From the NCBI GenBank assembly GCA_044228435.1, contig JBGAUW010000005.1:76061-140060 (forward strand): DNA of 64,000 bases, given 5' to 3'. This document shows positions 62,861-64,000 of this stretch, one piece after another; the first letter of the stretch is position 1, and every line of letters starts with the position of its first letter. The translations under genes were made by a program, and so were the position numbers. Below the pieces are notes generated by a model. That model saw nothing but the letters and a program-made list of their open reading frames with translations, ran no database searches and was not told the DNA's origin. Source of the DNA: Chitinophagales bacterium (GTDB lineage: Bacteria; Bacteroidota; Bacteroidia; Chitinophagales; LD1).

Positions 62861-64000
62861 TGAAATGTTCCGGTTTTATAATGGCCAGCGTTTCCTTTTC
62901 TACATTAGTTAAATCAGTCTCCGGTTTTAAGGGCCTTACTATTTTATAAACCAAAATCGAATCTACCGCTATGCTATCTTTTAAAGGCCGCAACAAATTC
63001 TGTATGCCAGCAAACATTGGGTCCGATTGCCCTTGCGAATAAAAACTAATTATCCGGTTTTCGCGCGCGGCAACATTATAACTTGAAAAAGTACTGTTTA
63101 AATATTTGCGAAAGGTTGAATCATTAGCCGCTAACTTTCCATTACTATATCCCTCATAATAAATCACAGCTGTTTTTTCGGGCACCATATAGTCAAATGC
63201 CGGAAAACAGGCAAAGGGCCAGCTTACTACTTTTAAAAAGCCGAATAAAACATTACCGCTTACCAACACAATCAATACCAGCCGCGACACTGAATAAGCT
63301 GCAGGTATTTGCACCACCACCGGTGAACCGACTTTATTTATTTTTTTTCTAAGCCACTCTACTATTTTCCCCCAATCAAACAAGCACACATATACGGGCA
63401 ATAAAAAAGTAAAATTTATTTGCGTGAAATATAGAACGCTGTAGTGAAACGCAATACCACCGGATAAAAGCAGCCAACTATGTTTGCGCGCTAATGCCCA
63501 AAAAACAAACACCAACTCAAAAGCTACGGCAAAAAGCGAAACCAAAACTATAATCGTGTCTGACTGATCGATGCGAATTGCCGGAAGCCAGTGGTTTAGC
63601 TCTACCCACTTGGTATAAAAAATATTGCGCAAATTATAGCGAAAAATCCAATCCAATCCGCAAGTCCATATTTTCCAAAAGCCCGGAAAAAAATAAAGAA
63701 TGCCCAACAAAATTAATGAGGCATTAACGGCAGGCGTATAGGCATTGCTTCTCGCATCATTTGGCCATGCACCTGTACGAAGGCGCGTAATTAACGCATC
63801 TGCAGAAAGAACCCTTCCGCAATCGGCGCACGAAAGCACTATGGGAAACCATAACAAATAATGGTTGTTAACCGGTTTGCCAAACAAATGGCAAATACTA
63901 TAAATGTAAAAAGCCAGGATGGTATAAATGATGACAGATGCCCTGGTAAATAAACCAATGAAAGAGGTTATGGACACCAACAAAAACACCGGCTGTATAA
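62850..64000 (-). CDS. HTTM (vitamin K-dependent gamma-carboxylase-like) domain membrane protein, probably 5'-truncated by the window edge
   Basis: The ORF is open to the window edge; the first listed start at 63989 is a GTG with no in-frame stop upstream. Motifs HYLLWFPIVLSCADCGRVLSAD and GGIAFHYSVLYFTQINF resemble the HTTM core. C-terminal ~150-aa soluble domain. Confidence 0.5.
   Translation of the reverse strand, partial: IQPVFLLVSITSFIGLFTRASVIIYTILAFYIYSICHLFGKPVNNHYLLWFPIVLSCADCGRVLSADALITRLRTGAWPNDARSNAYTPAVNASLILLGILYFFPGFWKIWTCGLDWIFRYNLRNIFYTKWVELNHWLPAIRIDQSDTIIVLVSLFAVAFELVFVFWALARKHSWLLLSGGIAFHYSVLYFTQINFTFLLPVYVCLFDWGKIVEWLRKKINKVGSPVVVQIPAAYSVSRLVLIVLVSGNVLFGFLKVVSWPFACFPAFDYMVPEKTAVIYYEGYSNGKLAANDSTFRKYLNSTFSSYNVAARENRIISFYSQGQSDPMFAGIQNLLRPLKDSIAVDSILVYKIVRPLKPETDLTNVEKETLAIIKPEHFNEK

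Noticed and set aside
1-64000. Scan for rRNA, tRNA, CRISPR arrays, transposases, integrases, phage genes or flanking direct repeats marking a genomic island
   Set aside because: No intergenic gap contains tRNA-like or repeat-spacer structure. No ORF shows DDE, tyrosine or serine recombinase or phage hallmark motifs. The accessory blocks are therefore not demonstrably mobile from this window.

Overview
This 64-kb chromosomal window has the gene content of a Bacteroidota (Sphingobacteriia/Chitinophagia-like) genome. It holds two proteins with T9SS C-terminal sorting domains, a DUF5686/CarboxypepD_reg-type protein, TAnnTTTG-type promoter boxes and many housekeeping genes (nadK, kmo, rnhB, scpA, recQ, prfA, lpxH, ftsH, rsfS, birA). 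About 55 protein-coding genes are supportable. I see no rRNA, tRNA, CRISPR array, transposase, integrase or prophage gene. Three accessory blocks stand out. (1) 15.3-23.0 kb is a five-gene, translationally coupled operon. It encodes an unknown 204-aa protein, a RavA-like MoxR AAA+ ATPase, an unknown 237-aa protein, an 818-aa protein with a vWA-like core whose MIDAS motif looks degenerate, and a 908-aa protein with one TM helix, TPR-like helical repeats and a beta-propeller-like C-terminus. This fits the computationally named but, to my knowledge, experimentally uncharacterised MoxR-vWA-beta-propeller ternary systems, and it is my top candidate for a novel system. (2) 29.8-36.8 kb is a second, unrelated MoxR module of unknown function: SpoIIM-like protein, polytopic membrane protein, DUF4129, DUF4350, MoxR and DUF58, with a divergent RDD protein. 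(3) 47.2-64.0 kb is a glycan-biosynthesis locus flanked by an asparagine synthase-like gene. It contains a GDP-mannose 3,5-epimerase-like gene, glycosyltransferases, a sugar dehydrogenase, a methyltransferase, and SGNH-like and HTTM membrane proteins. A 2407-aa T9SS-secreted LamG/FN3/Ig-repeat adhesin gene is embedded in it. All family calls are by-eye motif recognition and recollection of reference sequences, and they need profile or structure searches to confirm.
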